A DNA stretch of 64,000 nucleotides from Setoptus koraiensis (lineage: Eukaryota; Animalia; Arthropoda). The notes below the pieces were generated by a model that saw nothing but the letters and a program-made list of their open reading frames with translations, was not told the DNA's origin and made no database searches. How positions within the stretch are numbered: the first letter of the stretch is position 1; each line of letters opens with the position of its first letter. The DNA lies in the NCBI GenBank assembly GCA_048013815.1, contig CM106585.1:248001-312000 (forward strand), in the 5' to 3' direction. Shown here piece after piece: positions 39,095 to 54,376 of the stretch. The translations under genes and the position numbers were made by a program.

Positions 39095-39330
39095 CTTCAT
39101 GAGGCTCGACACACGGGCCCCATGAAGGCTTCGTAGCAAGTATTCGATGGTCAGAAAGAGCAGAAAAGTTAGGTTCCGGTCTCATGAAAACTCCTAGACA
39201 CAAACTTGAAACTCAGTTTTCAGCCACACCGAGGCACACAAAACACGATGACGTCATTCTCAGATCCGTTCAACTTTCTGGTCTTGAGGTATATGAAGAA
39301 AACCGCAGCGGAGGAACGTGCCAAGGCCGG
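39095..39330. mobile_element. Decayed copy of the GNA-hairpin/CCGGAAGT repeat family
   Basis: GACACACGGGCCCC and GGTTCCGGT...CATGAA resemble 62217-62300; ACGTCATTCT resembles ~62860. Confidence 0.5.
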
Positions 39331-42300
39331 TTAATATCGGGCTTTTAGTCTCCAACGGCACTCTGTGGCAGTTGATTATGTGTCACCTCTCTCGTGTGAT
39401 CACCGGAGATACTCTAGTTCCCACATTGGTGAATGTGACGATTTGTCGGCCGAGGGCAGCTTTGTGCGTCCATCGAAAGGTTTAGGACGGAAACTGAAAT
39501 GCGGAAGATTTGGGGAATAGAGAGGGAGAAGTGCGAGGCACCTTTACGAGCAGCGATCTTTGCGCCTCACACACTTGTCCATCCGCAGACTGATGAAATA
39601 ACTCGTTAAACTATTAGTAATCTGACTAGCTCATGGCTACCGTTAATCATGCCAGAAATGGCTTGTTGAATTGTGAGTAGATCATGTTGAGCCTTAGTCG
39701 CCAACAGCGAAAAATTAGCCACAGGGCATAGATACTTTTTGGTGAGTTTGAGCACTTTATTGGTCGGTCAATCAGCCTATTGCGGTGGTGCAAATACACC
39801 TTGTGCCCCAACACACCGTTATGAGGGTCTGTGGTCATTTATTATCATGTTGATTATGGATCAAGCGTGGACTTTTATCGACACTTTGTCTTTGCCTTAG
39901 ATTTCTAATCGGCTTCGTAAACATTGGTATCTGTAGCGTTACATCGAGCGCTACAACCACCCGTTCCATCGATCGTACCCAGGGCATTAGCTGGCTGGCC
40001 GGAGTGTTTGCACTGGTTGTAGGCGGGAAAAATAACAGTTTTGTGTCACAATTGAGTGTGCGCATATACATTTTTGCGACATCCAGCTCATCTCAGCGAG
40101 CACAGTCCATAAAACGTAAAGAGCAGCTAGCTGGGCAAGCGCTCAAAAAGCAGTGAGTCGCAAAACAGTTATCAGTGGCCAAGACTATATATGCATGGCT
40201 TGCTGCTATATATTATTGTCATGTCCATTGTTGCCTATATCCGGTCACTATTAGAGACCAGTTCCGGACGGTGGGTCTTTGTGAGCATCGCGATACAATA
40301 TTTATGACATTATATGGTTATGTAACAGCACACGTACGCACATAGTGACTATAGTGTGCGGTGGTGATATCTTTGTCTCTATCTCTATTTCTATTTCTGC
40401 TTCTGCACCACTATCATGCCATTGGTGGCTTGCTGTGTTATGTAACTACATAGCCATCTGCTTTTGCTGATGTGATAGCGCTACATCAGCATCGGCAACA
40501 GCAACAGCAACAACAGCAACAATAGCCACTGTTTATGTTTATTAATGTTGGTAATCTCATCAAAATCGCAACTGTTCTTTTCTTTTCTCTTTTCTCTTCT
40601 CTCCGTTTCTCTGTTCCTTGATGAAAGATGACACAAGCAAATATATCCTCATACTCATGTTCGAGATATCATATCGACTCTCATCGAGCGACTTGATGGA
40701 ATAAAGCATTAAGATAGCCTCATTTATTCATTCAGTTTTTTGTGTGCTCTCTTTTCTCTCTTGTTGTCTCATTTATCTCAATCTGCTCACACATGGTATT
40801 AGCCCAGCAGAAAACTTGATTACAATCTTCCTATATCTAACAATGGTATGGTGATATACTGGGCATAGTTGCTTCTCTCGCAACGATCTAATGTAATTAT
40901 AATTATTATCATACATATACTCTCTGGTCGTATAATTTATTATTATTATTATGTACAACGAGTGTTTGGTTGCAGTCGCAATTGCATTTGAATTTTCTCC
41001 CCCACTGCGTTATGTCGTTATTGCTCACACAATTGAGACAAGCACGCGTGAACGTCTTGTCAGAATCAGGCTACGTTACTATTATTAGTTCGTTCGTATG
41101 ACTCATAACTAAATTTGATCACAATAATCGAGTTATTGACTACACCAATGTAACTCTATTATTAATATCTACATACTGATACATTTGAATCAAATAATAA
41201 TTGTTTCACTAGTGACAATACTACTGTAACTTCCGGTCTATTATTCAACAACAATGAGCCACTATGAAAGGCACAAAACCGGCTATAAAAGAATAGGAAA
41301 AAGATTAAATCATTTTTGACCTATATATACATACAGTGTAGTGTATACTCTTTGCACACAACATACACTCACAGCAGTAGTATGAATAAATTCACAGCAA
41401 CGCAATACAATAACCTACTAATAGGATATAATAAACATATTGTTATTGCTCAAATTGAAATGCATAATAAAAGTTATCGATGTCTAACAATAGAACAACT
41501 ACTACATCTAGGATAATTAGATTATTCTTAATGTCCCAATGTCTATAATCTACGAATCAAAATGACTATGCACACACTCACACAGTACATAGGCTCGAAA
41601 TGAATTTGTATGAAAGAAATTATTTCTTGTCCGAGTCGAACTTTTGAGATCCTATTCTTTTATCCGAAAGTTTGTATGCTGCAACCAAACATTAATAATG
41701 AATCACAAATAATGATTATAATTTTGCGACAACGCCTCAACATGAAACAGTGCAGCTTTTTTTGTTTCTGATTTTGCACTCCATTGGCGAGAATCTAACT
41801 TGATGTTGGAAGTACACGGTTTCGAATTTGATTTATGCAAAAACAATGATGGATGTTAGACACGCATGCAGTCGCTGCTCTAAATGTCGATGCTACATTA
41901 TCGAAGTGTGCCTCTCAATTATTCAGAGAAATCAACAATATTTATTATTGTGATTATAATATTAGCTAGAGTAACAGAACAAACAAAAAAATGAGAATGT
42001 TGCTGAATAAATTCATATTACTTGTAACCAAACTCATGATGATAGATCATGCAACTTTCACTCTCATTAAGGCATGTAGATGAATATAATCAATTTATAG
42101 AGTGTGTCCAAACAGGAAATCCGAATAAGTCAATGGACATTGGGTGAAATATAATGCATAGACAAGCAAAGCTGATAAAGCAACCTATTGACCAAACAGA
42201 CAACCAAAGAGATACTTTGTGCTCGCAGTAATTTCGGATCCATGTGTGTATATGTGTGTATGTATTCCTGCTATTGAAATGAATCAAACTGACTTCATTC

Positions 42301-45300
42301 GGCTAGACGTTAGTTGCGTCACACAAATAACAAGTTCGTTGGACAATAATAAGTAAAATGGGGGAACTAGAAAGTAAATATTACGTGTAGCTTTAGCGAA
42401 TAAAAAAGCAAAAAAAAAAAAACTTTCTGCTCACTCTAACTCAACTGTGTGACCCAACTGACAATTGACAGAGTAGAAGTAACACCAGTGGAAACTTTTC
42501 AACATTTCACCATTGACTTTTGAGCGATAGTTGAGAGAACGACACTGTCAATCTTTTTGTCGTCACTCTTGTGTTGTCACCCGTGGGTGACCTCTATTTC
42601 TCTCGCTTGTTCTATTTTCTCTTTCCCTCTCTCTCTCGCCTCACGAACAACAACAACGACAACAACCGCGTCTGTCGTGTTAGAACAAACCCAAAAGAAC
42701 CGAGATCTGGCAACTAGAGATAAGCTTACCAATCTATCGAGATTTGGCTCACCCACCCACCCAACCAACACAAGTGCGTCATGCGTGTGTACTGGGCAGA
42801 AAGAGCTAGAGAGAGAGAGAGAGAACGGGAGAAAAAGAATGGTGATTATATGGTGATTAATCAAAAAAAAAAAGAAGAGTGAACACAATATATAGTAAAG
42901 TGGCACCGGTAATAGTTAGATTGATCAATGGTTGGCCATGGATAAAATGTAACAGGAACTCGCTCTTTTTACTTAATGCATGAATAGAATCGGATCCCAT
43001 GAGGCTACTTATCTAACATCTCAGATAGAAAGAGATAAAAGGAATGTGGTGCTTTGTTGATCATTGCAACAAATAGATTCAATCGGCTTATTTATTATGT
43101 GACTCAGTTCAGCTCGGTGAACCAATTCAACGGTGTTTGGCTCAAAATAAAATGAAACGGATTGAGGCGAAAAGAAATGATACACAATGAGCGTATCTGT
43201 CATAGTTGAAAAAGTGACGACTATTGACGCAATAAAAAAAGTGTGCAATCGGGATAGAAGTGCACACACGCTAGTAAAAAAACCTAATTATAGATAGAGT
43301 TACAGAAATCACAATACTGTAACGGTTTCATTATTGTTTGACACAAAAATAATATTATTATTAACATTGCATCATTTATGATTGCATACGATTGCAAAAA
43401 ATAAAACAATTAAATTTAATTAAATGTTGCTTACAGTTCAACCGATGTAGTTATGAGCATATTCCGATCTCAAATATCTTGTAATCAATTTCAATGGATA
43501 CTAGAACAGATGAGCAGTCATGTAATGAGTAAATACGTGAGCGATCATTGATTGGATTTAATGATGGAAGAGTAAAATAAATAGTTTGTTACGCAGTTGA
43601 TTTTGGTAGATTGATTATACTAATTAAGGTCACTAAAACGGAAAAACTCTACTTGAACTAACAAGTGATGCTTATAACCGTGGTAAACAACTAAGTGATG
43701 ATGGATGATTAATCACTATAGATAGAAAATTTTCCAATATTTTATAGCTTTATTAGAATATCACGAAAATGCTTGCAAACATAGGACAAAAAATGTCATG
43801 CCGCACTTATGTCGATTTAGTTTATTTGTGTTGGAAAAACAAAACAAAAAATGGTTCTAGTTGAGCCTTCACCACTCTACAGTCCCATATAAGTTGTGAC
43901 CAACAAAGTATTCGGAAAGTGTTTTCCATAAGTGAATCTTTTCAGTGTAAATGGCTATTGTTGTTCGCAAGTCTGCAGTTTGACTCAGTTTGAGATTGTT
44001 CATTGAAGAATATGTTTGTTGTTCGAAAAAAAAGTATCAGAATTTGTCATCTTTAGTTTTCAATATCTCTTGAATGTTTCGTCAACATCAACGAGAATTA
44101 AAATGCGAGATTTTCAATTGTCAAACTAGAACCTTGTGATTTCATTTCAAGTAAAGACTCTTTTAAGTGCAAACAACCAAAAATGTTGCACAACCATTTT
44201 CCATTTTAGTAGTCTTCTTGTGTACATTAGAATATGGCATAGTATGAAGAGAGATAGCTTTGTGTCTGAATGTGTGATTTATCATCACTTATTCTTTTAT
44301 TTTCAACATCTTTCGAGCAACACTCTATAATTCACTGCTCCCATTTCAACCAAACCTTTTGCCGGCCAAAGTTTGCCTGCCAAACCATCCATAGTAACAT
44401 CATGCGGAGCATATAAAGCACATACGGTACACGAGGCACATAGGGTACATCGGGCACTAGCAGCACGTGGCGTAGGTGGCTCAAATCGCAATAGTATACG
44501 ATAAATAAGCAGTATATATTGGCAATATAAATGATTGTGTGCCGTTGTTGCCGTTTCAAGACAAAGCATCGAAATAGCTTGCTGGATTGGCCCTTTCCAT
44601 GATGATGAAAATGAATAACATTATTCATTCATATTCATCATGATTCATGAACAAACAGCGACTTCTCTATTGACATCTGACTTTGTTTTTATATATTTTG
44701 TCAGGCCCTATATAACATATATCTCAACCATACCATTACACAATATATATGTGACATAAACAATGTTAACCAGTCACAAAGAGTGGCGCAGCTCAATGCT
44801 GTTGTTGTTTGCATCATATTTGGCTTAGTTGGTGTTGGTTGGCCCCAATTTGGTCTTTTCCGAGTGGCTGGCATCATTCTAGTTGAGTGACTAGCCAACT
44901 ACCATTGGCGGCACACACACACGCACCCAACATTTTCATTATTACAATAATAATATTGTTTATTCTCTTTCATACACCCTTAGCTTTTATAAAACGCGAC
45001 GTTTCCTTGAATATCTCAAATACGCAAACACTAACAACATAGATTGTCTTGTTGCCGGTTGTCGCCAACAATCAAGCACTTGTTATCGGTTAATTAGGTA
45101 CACAATATCTTGTCACAAACTCATTCTGAGCGAGCACTTTAGTGAATAGTAACACTGTACGATGATAAAATGAATTTCGCTCTTATACTAACAACCATTT
45201 CTTATTATTATTCATCTGCAGTATCTGACAATATTTCACTGTATTACTGACACAAAAGTTGTGTCATTGCCTAACTATTTAGCTATCATCGTTATTTTTT

Positions 45301-45584
45301 ATATTTAACTGGTAGCACAATGATTATTGCGTTATGTTGGAATAGTAGTAACTATTTGGTTTTTTAGTCTACAAATAGATACGATAGAATTATAAACAAT
45401 AGCGCAAAAAATCAAAACGAATTGCAAATGGTGCAACGAAAACAGCATCAGCATCGGAAAACAAATTATTTTCCGTCATTTTTGTCCGACAACATTGGCT
45501 ACTCATCATCCGTTTCAATGCTCAACTATCTCGAATAGTAATAACAATAACAAAAATAATTCCAAACAACAATTTATAAACAAT

Positions 45585-45650
<66 letters not shown>
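45585..45650. repeat. (AAC)n microsatellite
   Basis: Direct reading of the sequence. Confidence 0.95.
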
Positions 45651-45651
<1 letters not shown>

Positions 45652-46324
45652 TAACGCATTGGTAATAGGAACTGGCATAGAAATCTATTGAGACATAACT
45701 TTTATCGCCTAGCACATATACTGAATCAACGCGGCGACAATAACAACAAAATTATCACCACCAGCAACAGAGACAGCAAATGACCGATTCACCTGTGTGT
45801 GTGTGTCGAAATTGTAGTTAGTGTTGCGTAATGCACGTTCTATACGTGTCAAATCATTTGGCACGCTGTTGGTCGCAGCCACGTTCATTTGGTTTGGTTA
45901 GAGTAACCCGTGGACATAGTGAGCATTGGAATAGATAAGATGGTGCGAGCTAGATTAGAGTGATAACAACTGTTCAAACAAAACAAGAAATGGAATGGCT
46001 TTGATTTGATTTGAAGGAAAGAAAGATGAAGGCAAATGAAATAAGAGGACAACAGCGGAGGAGACAATGGACAAAAATAAAAAGATAAAACGGGTATAAA
46101 CTGTAGTGAGATTGGCTTGAGATAAGCCCATTGAGAGAGTGCTGCAGTGAGACAGCAATGGAGGCAGTGACAGAGTATAGGGTAAAAGATAATGTCAGAG
46201 TAAGGACAATATCATTGCAATTTGCGATGGCCTTCCATCATCGAGTCGCATTGTTTGCGCTGCCAGTGATGGAATAAGTTCAATGGCTAAAATCCTTTAA
46301 GACTTCACCAAGCGACCAACTAGC

Positions 46325-46392
46325 GAGCGGCCAGTTCAACTGGCGACTGCCAACTGGCAACTGGCAACTGACGACTGGCGACTGGCGACTGA
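46325..46392. repeat. 7-bp tandem repeat (ACTGGCA/ACTGGCG)
   Basis: AACTGGCAACTGGCAACTGACGACTGGCGACTGGCGACTGAC. Confidence 0.8.
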
Positions 46393-46957
46393 CATAGGCT
46401 TATTCGCTCATATGATCATCTCTCATCGTGATCCGATGAAACTCTCTCGTTCTCGCTCTATGTTACAATTTACTAAGCTCACTTACTGTTCAATGTCAGT
46501 TTAATTTCTATATAGCGACACCAGCAAACGTGGCCAGCCAACGTAACGTGAACCGTTTGAACTGGGGGCCAAACTGTGAGCCAAAACTGTGAGCACATCG
46601 GGGTATAAAGTAGAGCAAATGTTAGCTTAAACTTGAATAAGAAGCAGCGCCAACAAGGACAATGTCTTACATTTCAAGTGGTGGCACCGGCAAAGCCAAT
46701 GGTAATAGAGACAGTTAAGAAGGGCGCTTGTTGTGCGGGACAGAGCGTAGAATGGAAATCAAATCTATTTGATTCGTTTTAGTTGGCTCACCATCGGTCA
46801 TTTTGGTGCATTTGTCGTCGTCTTTGGCGCTGCTGGTGGCTGCTCCTCACTTACCTAAAGCCAGCGCCAACACTTAACTTGAGTTTGCTGAGTTGAGCTG
46901 GCCAGCTAACTAGCTTGAGCTTCTCAATCAATTGAAACGACATACTGAACTAGCGAC

Positions 46958-47075
46958 GCAAAACCAAACGAAACGAAACGCGACGCAACGGAACGCAACG
47001 AAACCAAACGGAACGCAACGAAACCAAACGAAATGGAACAACGACGATGAAATGACATGAAACGAATAGAATAAA
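46958..47075. repeat. Degenerate pentanucleotide array (AACGA/AACGC/AACGG)
   Basis: AAACGAAACGAAACGCGACGCAACGGAACGCAACG... Confidence 0.8.
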
Positions 47076-49689
47076 ATAAAATCAAATTCTCTCGCAACAA
47101 GCAAAAATAGAGCACAAGATTCTCTGTCCGTCTGTTTGTCTATCCCTGGTCAGCAATCTATGATAACATGCTAACCAAAAGCCAGTGACTTTGCCATTCT
47201 ATTGCGACTGGCAACCAATACCAATACCAACACACACACATAGTGGTAATATATTAGATAAACACGCAATAATATAACGGGTGTTAGGCTGGTTAGGTGA
47301 TAGTGATAGTGACATTGCTGTGATAAGCAAAGCAAACGAATATTGCGTTAGCCAGTTTGTGGTTGAAGTGGTTTTCAGTGGTGCACTACATAGGATATAG
47401 CGACACAAAGTTTGTATGTCAAGTGATATATGGTACTTTAGTTAAACAGTGCTATGTTTGTCTAGCAAATAGATTAGATTCAACAAAAAGCAAGCCACCG
47501 TTCTATTGCAAACGACAATTTTATTTTATTTTACTTCACCTACTTGATTGTCTTTGAACCTGTGTGGTTGCGTGCTTATGCGTATATGATACGCCTAAGC
47601 ATTCATACATGCAAACATAAGCAAAGAATAAAAGCTATCCATTTAATCAATATACACTATTAATCTTCGACTAACAACCAGCATAACATAGCCATTCGAT
47701 GTTGGTGCACGCTATATGAGACAAGCAAATCAATTGAATCAGAAACAAGTGACAGTAATAAACAATGTCCGACAACATTATACAAATGACACTGTCACAT
47801 TGTGTAACTTTTGGCCAATTCTTCATTTTGAAATGTTGTTCGATTTAAATTAATAATGACACACAATAATAAAGTCTATGTGTTTATCATTGGCTTGATC
47901 TATGTTGTCTGATCACAGTGTGTGGTTGTGTATGGCTGGGCTTTCACATTATTACAAATAACAAACTATACAAACTATGTAAAACTGCAAATTGCAAATT
48001 GAAAATAATTATTAATTTCACTAGCAACTTGTACAGGATTTAGAGTTACTTGTGAGATGATAATATGCACACGACTAGAGACGCTCGAAGGCGTTATAAT
48101 GAAGAGGAAATTGATAACACAAGTCGGTGTTTTGTGCTGTTGTCCTCTATACTATAGCTTTAGAGTATATAGCTTGCAAAAAGTAGATCGGTATAGGTAA
48201 CATTAGCAGCCTAACATGACACAACTACTGCATCTATATCACAGTAGTAGTATAATTACATGTGGTGTTAATAATTTGAATGCACTACACTGTATATAGA
48301 CCAAATATTGAATCATTATCGTGATTAACTAGTTGATGTGGATAAGTCGCTTGGTGACAATAATAATAATAATAATAATGATGGAGATGGTAATAGCAAT
48401 TGTTTGTTACAATTACACTTGATCTCACTTTGAATCTTTGGTCTGTCTTGCCAATTGATTATGTTCAGTTGAGCGACATTGTCGCGAGCGAAGTGATTGG
48501 AAAAAGTTATATGATTATCGCCTGATTGCAATGACTTTTTTCAATTATATGCACAGTATGTATCGCCAACAAACAAGCGCGTGCAATGCTGTTAATGCTA
48601 CCAAGTAACAATAGAGTTGTTACAGTTACCAATGGTAAAGAGGAGCATATCTTTGCATATACTATAACCAGGTATAACTATGCCAGAGGTAATTTGAGTT
48701 GCTTACTGGCGGCTGCCAGTAAGCAACTCAAATTAAAGCCAGTTTTGCCACCGACAAGTGTTAGATTTGAGCTCAAGCTTGAGATTTGAGTCCAGCTCAA
48801 GTCTAACACACACAAACGCTTGCTACAACAGACAACAGCGTGGGCGTGAGCACCCCAATGGGGCACCCAGCAATGCAATGGTTCGGCACGAGAATGAGCG
48901 TGGGTGTGAGTGAGACGCATCCTAACACAATGGCTTCACACACTGACTGTGAGCATAATACAAATACATGTACTATGTCTATACTATAGCACTAACGGTC
49001 AATACATTATATACTGCATTAGATGTTCTCTGAGCGGGTGGCCAAACCAACCGTAGAGAAACGAATGGGAGGGGGAGAGGGGGCCAAGGCAAGGAAGAAA
49101 ACGAACGGGTGAATGGGAGCGAGCGAATGGCAATAATAGTTGCTTGACTAAGTTGATGATAGTGCTGATAGGGGAGACCAAGCAAGCAAACAAACACAAA
49201 AGAAGGAGGGTCTCGCATGAACAAGTTTACACATATAGAGCCACTATTGGCAAGATTGGCAATTGCATGTCAGTGAAGGCACACATTCGCTATACGATGC
49301 TGTCATGCTAGATATTCAGTCATATTGGATTATATAAGAACAACACAGACATGCTGTTATGTAATGTATTCGTGCGTGCGCGTTCATGAGGGTAAGAGAG
49401 GGTAATGTAAGATAACGGCACTAACTCTCTGACGTTGTTGTTGTTGATATTATCAAAAAAAAGAGGCCACTCTAATAGGTAGAATATAACCATGAACGGT
49501 GTTACATTCAACCCGATCATGACCTGGCTACATGTGTGGCTGGGTTTGCTGGAACGTTAATCCACTTAGTTTTAATCATGAATAACAGTGACAAAGTGAA
49601 TTTGCCCTGGCCGATCTTTAACGAAATGAAGCGCGCAGCAATCAATTAGATGGTAACTAATAATTAGTCTAGATCGAAAACTACAACAT

Positions 49690-49740
49690 TATTATCCGCT
49701 GACATGGAAATTATGTTAATGTTCGCATTAAAGATATTCG

Positions 49741-49778
<38 letters not shown>

Positions 49779-50773
49779 GCTATCATAGACCACAACAGTT
49801 TACACAATTGCAACACATGATAATACTATCATTTGTGTCATTCTAAAAACAATTCTTCTGCCAGTTTAGTTTCAGCATTTAATTAAATTCTCTTCTTTCT
49901 CAACTAGAATCAAATGCGATCGACACACCTAACATAAGTATAGTAATTACAACTTTTCATCATTTTAATTTTATTATAACATAATAATAACTAGATTGCC
50001 GTTACTGTATCATGTTGTGTTTGTGAAACTCTCTGTCGAGTTAGATAGTAATGTGTGACGTAAAGATTTTGAAGGCATAGTTTGCAATGAAGATGGCAAA
50101 AATAATTTGTACCAACTGATAACTGTCTCACTTAATTCTAAATCATCAATACTTATTTGCGCTATTCCCATGAAATTCTTTTTGTCCATCTTACCAAAGT
50201 TACCCCAAACGATGCTCTTTGTTATGTACATACAATAATTTCAATCATCAAATATTAATGATAACAATGATAAAGTAAAATGTACATGTAATTAGTAGAA
50301 TGTAATAACAATAATGGCGCTACCAGTTAATGCACCTATGATTCATTTATACTCACTTGCAAAATACAACCATGATAATCTTCGTGGAATGTCAATTGTT
50401 GCTGAAATAACGGATCTAGTGTTCTTTTTGTAGACAAGGTAGTCTTTGCCTTAGCCAAACATTTTCTATTCTTCACTAGATATAATTTCACATAAGTTGC
50501 TATAGGAGATATAAAAAAACAAATAATGTTAGCCATAGGGTGAATATTGTATAGTCGCAAAATTATGTTGTCATTCAACTGCAATCAGTTCAATGGTGTT
50601 CATCAATAACACTTACTTGGTATAATCTTATTGGCTTTAGAAGCCAATTTTCTTGCTCTTATCACTTCCACTTCCAAATTGCCTCGCCTATCACAAAGAC
50701 TCAATTGAATATCACCTAAATAAGGCGAGGCCAAACCCTGTCGACTTATCATCTGTCCTTTACCGAGACCTTC
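49690..50773 (-). repeat. Left arm of a ~1.07-kb inverted duplication (RIM C2B exons, introns and 3' flank)
   Basis: Reverse complement of 56950-58015; the ORF track reports identical peptides on opposite strands. Confidence 0.96.
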
Positions 50774-53700
50774 AATGAAATTCATCGATGTCAATTCGTC
50801 GGAGTGTTGCTTGAATGCAACATTTGACCAACTTCAACAATTTTTTAAATGTTGATTTAAATTTGAAGATTAAATAGATATTATAGTTAACATGCATCAG
50901 TTAGTGATAGTTATAACAAACTATTTAGATAGATCTACTGATTTCGACTTTGAGTTTCTTTATACTCACTTTGAGGAACTATCGCCGCTCATACTACTCT
51001 CTCCTTCACTCACGCTACTACCTTGTTTAACTAGACGCCTAGCATCTATAGGCACTACCTCCTCACTTCTGTGAACACTAAATGATGTCACTTGTTTCTT
51101 CCGAAATCCTAATCTATTTTTGGTTCCTGAATTTTCAACGTAATTAGAAAAATACTCGATATTAATCACTCATTATATTACCTGACTTGGCGTAGTTTAG
51201 CATAATAGAGTTCGTAACATATTTCATGAATTGAATCTGTCTACTTCTGTCAAAGCAATGAAATTGCAAATTACCTGTCATGCTCAATTGTGTGGCGCTG
51301 TTGCTCTTTTTCGTCAAGCCGCTTGGATTTGTTTGATCGGTTTGATCATTATGAGATTTAGGTCCATTTGAACTATCTGATCGTGTATTGAAGGCGTCAA
51401 ATGGGGCCGCTGATCTTGAGGACTGTCATGGATCAAGTTGGAAATATTGAGTTTAAAGAAGATCTTTATGAGTTATGATACCACTATTATCAGTTGACAA
51501 TCGAACATATGACTGAATTTTAGAAAGCTAGTCCAGTTGTAGTCAATCGAAAGAATAATCTCAATCAAAAATATAGAAAACTGTTATTTCTAGAGGAGTG
51601 CATAAATTCTGACGATTAATGTACACAAAACGGTAAAGAACATGTACCATACCCATACCAATATAGTATGTGTAGTGTTTCAAAAATGGGAGCGATAAAA
51701 AAAGGAAATTGGTTATTCGTAGCAAAATATATAGGCTCTTACTTTTGCTGTTGAAGCTAATTGAAGCGCGGAACCAGTTGTCGAATGATAATGAGATGGC
51801 GACGTGTCAGAAATACGGACATTACGTTGAGGTTGTTCCGTTAATAAGCTCGATTTACTACCCACACTGGTTAGACCTTTACGTAACTGATGGTGATGAT
51901 GATGTTGTTGCTGTTGCTGTCGTAATTGTTGTTCGTGGTGACCACTAGAGGGAGATCTTGGCTGTAAACTAGAGACATCGTCATTAGATCGGCTTACTAA
52001 ATGTCCACGAAGTATATTAGAAGTTGTGTTGTTTGTTATCGGGTGAGCTGTCTTGCTACTTGCAGGCATCGTTGTATCATTTTTTTCATATAAATGGGAA
52101 ATGTTGTCGTTGGCATCGACCAAAGTATCACTGTTAATATTCGTTTGATTATTACAACCGGCATAATCATTGTAATTATTAACTTGTGATCTATCCATGA
52201 TATTGTTATTGGTGTTTGTTTGATTGATTAATAAAGCATTTTGATTAGAGCTCATTAAGTTTCTACCATCAGACCAATTTTGTTCAAATTTCGTCCCATC
52301 AGTGTGATGGGAGGAAAGATCTTTTTTGATAAGATCAGGATGCATAATGTCCCCACTTATGTGTATGTCATTCAATGAATTGTGTATTGAATTTTTTCTA
52401 TTGCAGCCTAGATTTCTTTGATCTTTTTCATCTTGACTAATAGCATTAAACTGTTCTAACCTGAATGATTCATGTGCACTTCCTATCTTGTTCGTATGTT
52501 GTCTATTATGTTGTGCAAAATGATTGCGATTGCTGCCATGATTAGTTAATTGTTGATCGATGCTCATTAAGCCAGCTCTAGTAGCTATACTTGATCCACA
52601 ATCATGTTCTGGATTATATTGACTAAGTGAATCAATTGGAGCAGAATGGATAGAGCTAAGATGATGATGAGGACTCATATCAGATTTAGTCTTAGCCATG
52701 TTATAATAACTTGACTGATGTTGACTAGTTGTTGAGCTTGCTAGAGCCATTTGTTGTTGTTGTTGTTGCTGCTGCTGATAACTATCGTTTGGGGCCGAAT
52801 CGTATATACTATGTTGATCTATAGACAATGATTGCACAACCGATCTGTTATGATGATGTGATTGATGTCTAATGGGCGATACATTCGATGAGAACATTGC
52901 TGTTGATGATGAAGATGCCGCTTCTAATCTGCCACAAGTGCCAGATGATATTGTATTTTGTGTCACTAATGGATGCGGTTGATGCCTAGTATGTTGTTGC
53001 TGTTGATGAGTATAATCGCTGTTATTACGAACGGATGTAGAAGGGCTTGCTGAGTAATTGGTTGTACTATTGTAGGTGGCAGCACTGTCGCTGTTGTGTG
53101 ACACTCCAGAAGATAGATGTGTCGTTCTAGGGGCGACATGAGCATGAAATATGCGTGTATTGGGACCATACAAATGGCGCGTATTTAATTCACTGTCGCT
53201 GGACATTCCACTGATATAGTTATCATCGTTATCATGAATGAGAGATCTACTATTTGATTGTTGTTGATATAGGCGCTTGTTGTCTTGTTGTTTGTATTGA
53301 CCAATGTCAAACAGAGAATGTTGTTGCTGTTGATTTATCTGTATGGGCGGCGATGAAGATCGTTGTTGGATGGAGGCCATATAGGACGATGAGGCAGACG
53401 AGGATGGTCTTGGTGATGATTGTTGGTGTTGAGCTAGAATCAAATTATTTCGATGCGACGGAGAGGTCGTTAAATAATCCTGTGAGGCCATACGATTTAA
53501 TCTATGATAAGGTGGAAGTATTCTTTGACGAGATTGATTGGGCATTAATGCATGCTGCTGTTGTTGCTTGTGTAAATTGGTAACATTGCTGCATTGAACT
53601 ACTCCTCCACCCATAGCCAACATGTGCTGTTGCTGTTGTTGCTGATGATGATGTTGGCTAGTTTCTTGTAAATCTAGACTAGTTTGTTGACACATCTTTG

Positions 53701-54376
53701 AGTTGTGTTGATTATGATGGCCAGCCATCAGGAAGCCGCTGGGCTGAATATTGAAAGCCACTGTATTGTGTCCCATATTGGTTGATCGTGATGACAAATC
53801 AGCTATTGTAACATTTGCAGAATTTGCATCAGATAAGGACATTGAATTTTGAACAAACATTGCACCATCTTGGCTAGTGTTATTGTTGTTTGGGCCAAGC
53901 CCACTAGACAGTTGCGGTAACATATAAGCACCGCTTGAGGTTGAAGATGATATATTGCTAGATTGTTGGACATCATGTGATAAATTACCAATAGCTATCT
54001 GACGTTGACCTAACAATTGTGGCACCTGAGGCAGTTGTCGCTGTTTTTTAGTATTACTAATTGATTGTTGCTGATGTTGTTGACCATAAACATTATCGGA
54101 TGTCGTTTGTTGTTGCTGCTGTTGTTGTTGTATAGATGTCATATTAGTCTGTTGTTGACTGTTATTATTATTATTACTGATATTAGATGATTGAATGTTA
54201 AGATTGTGCATGTTATGGTGCAAATAGGCGGCTGCTGTTATGGCATTAGCTGAGCATTTAAATGATCGTTGTTGTTGTTGTTGCTGCAGTTGTATATTAT
54301 TATTAATGGTAGCATTATCATTACTATTATTATCAATTTTGTCGCTGTGATTTAATTTTTTCTTATATTCATTCAT
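50010..54376 (-). CDS. Rim: RIM (Rab3-interacting molecule/unc-10) with disordered Q/S/H-rich N-terminal region and C2B; exons 54376-51743, 51422-51275, 51126-50970, 50831-50617, 50499-50357, 50216-50010 (1167 aa model)
   Basis: GLTKKSNSATQLS, LGFRKK...VHRSEEV, FIEGLGKGQMISRQGLASPYLGDIQL, LEVEVIRAR, RTLDPLFQQQL, WGNFGKMDKKNFMG, WYKLF. The splice phases add up to an open frame. Confidence 0.9.
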
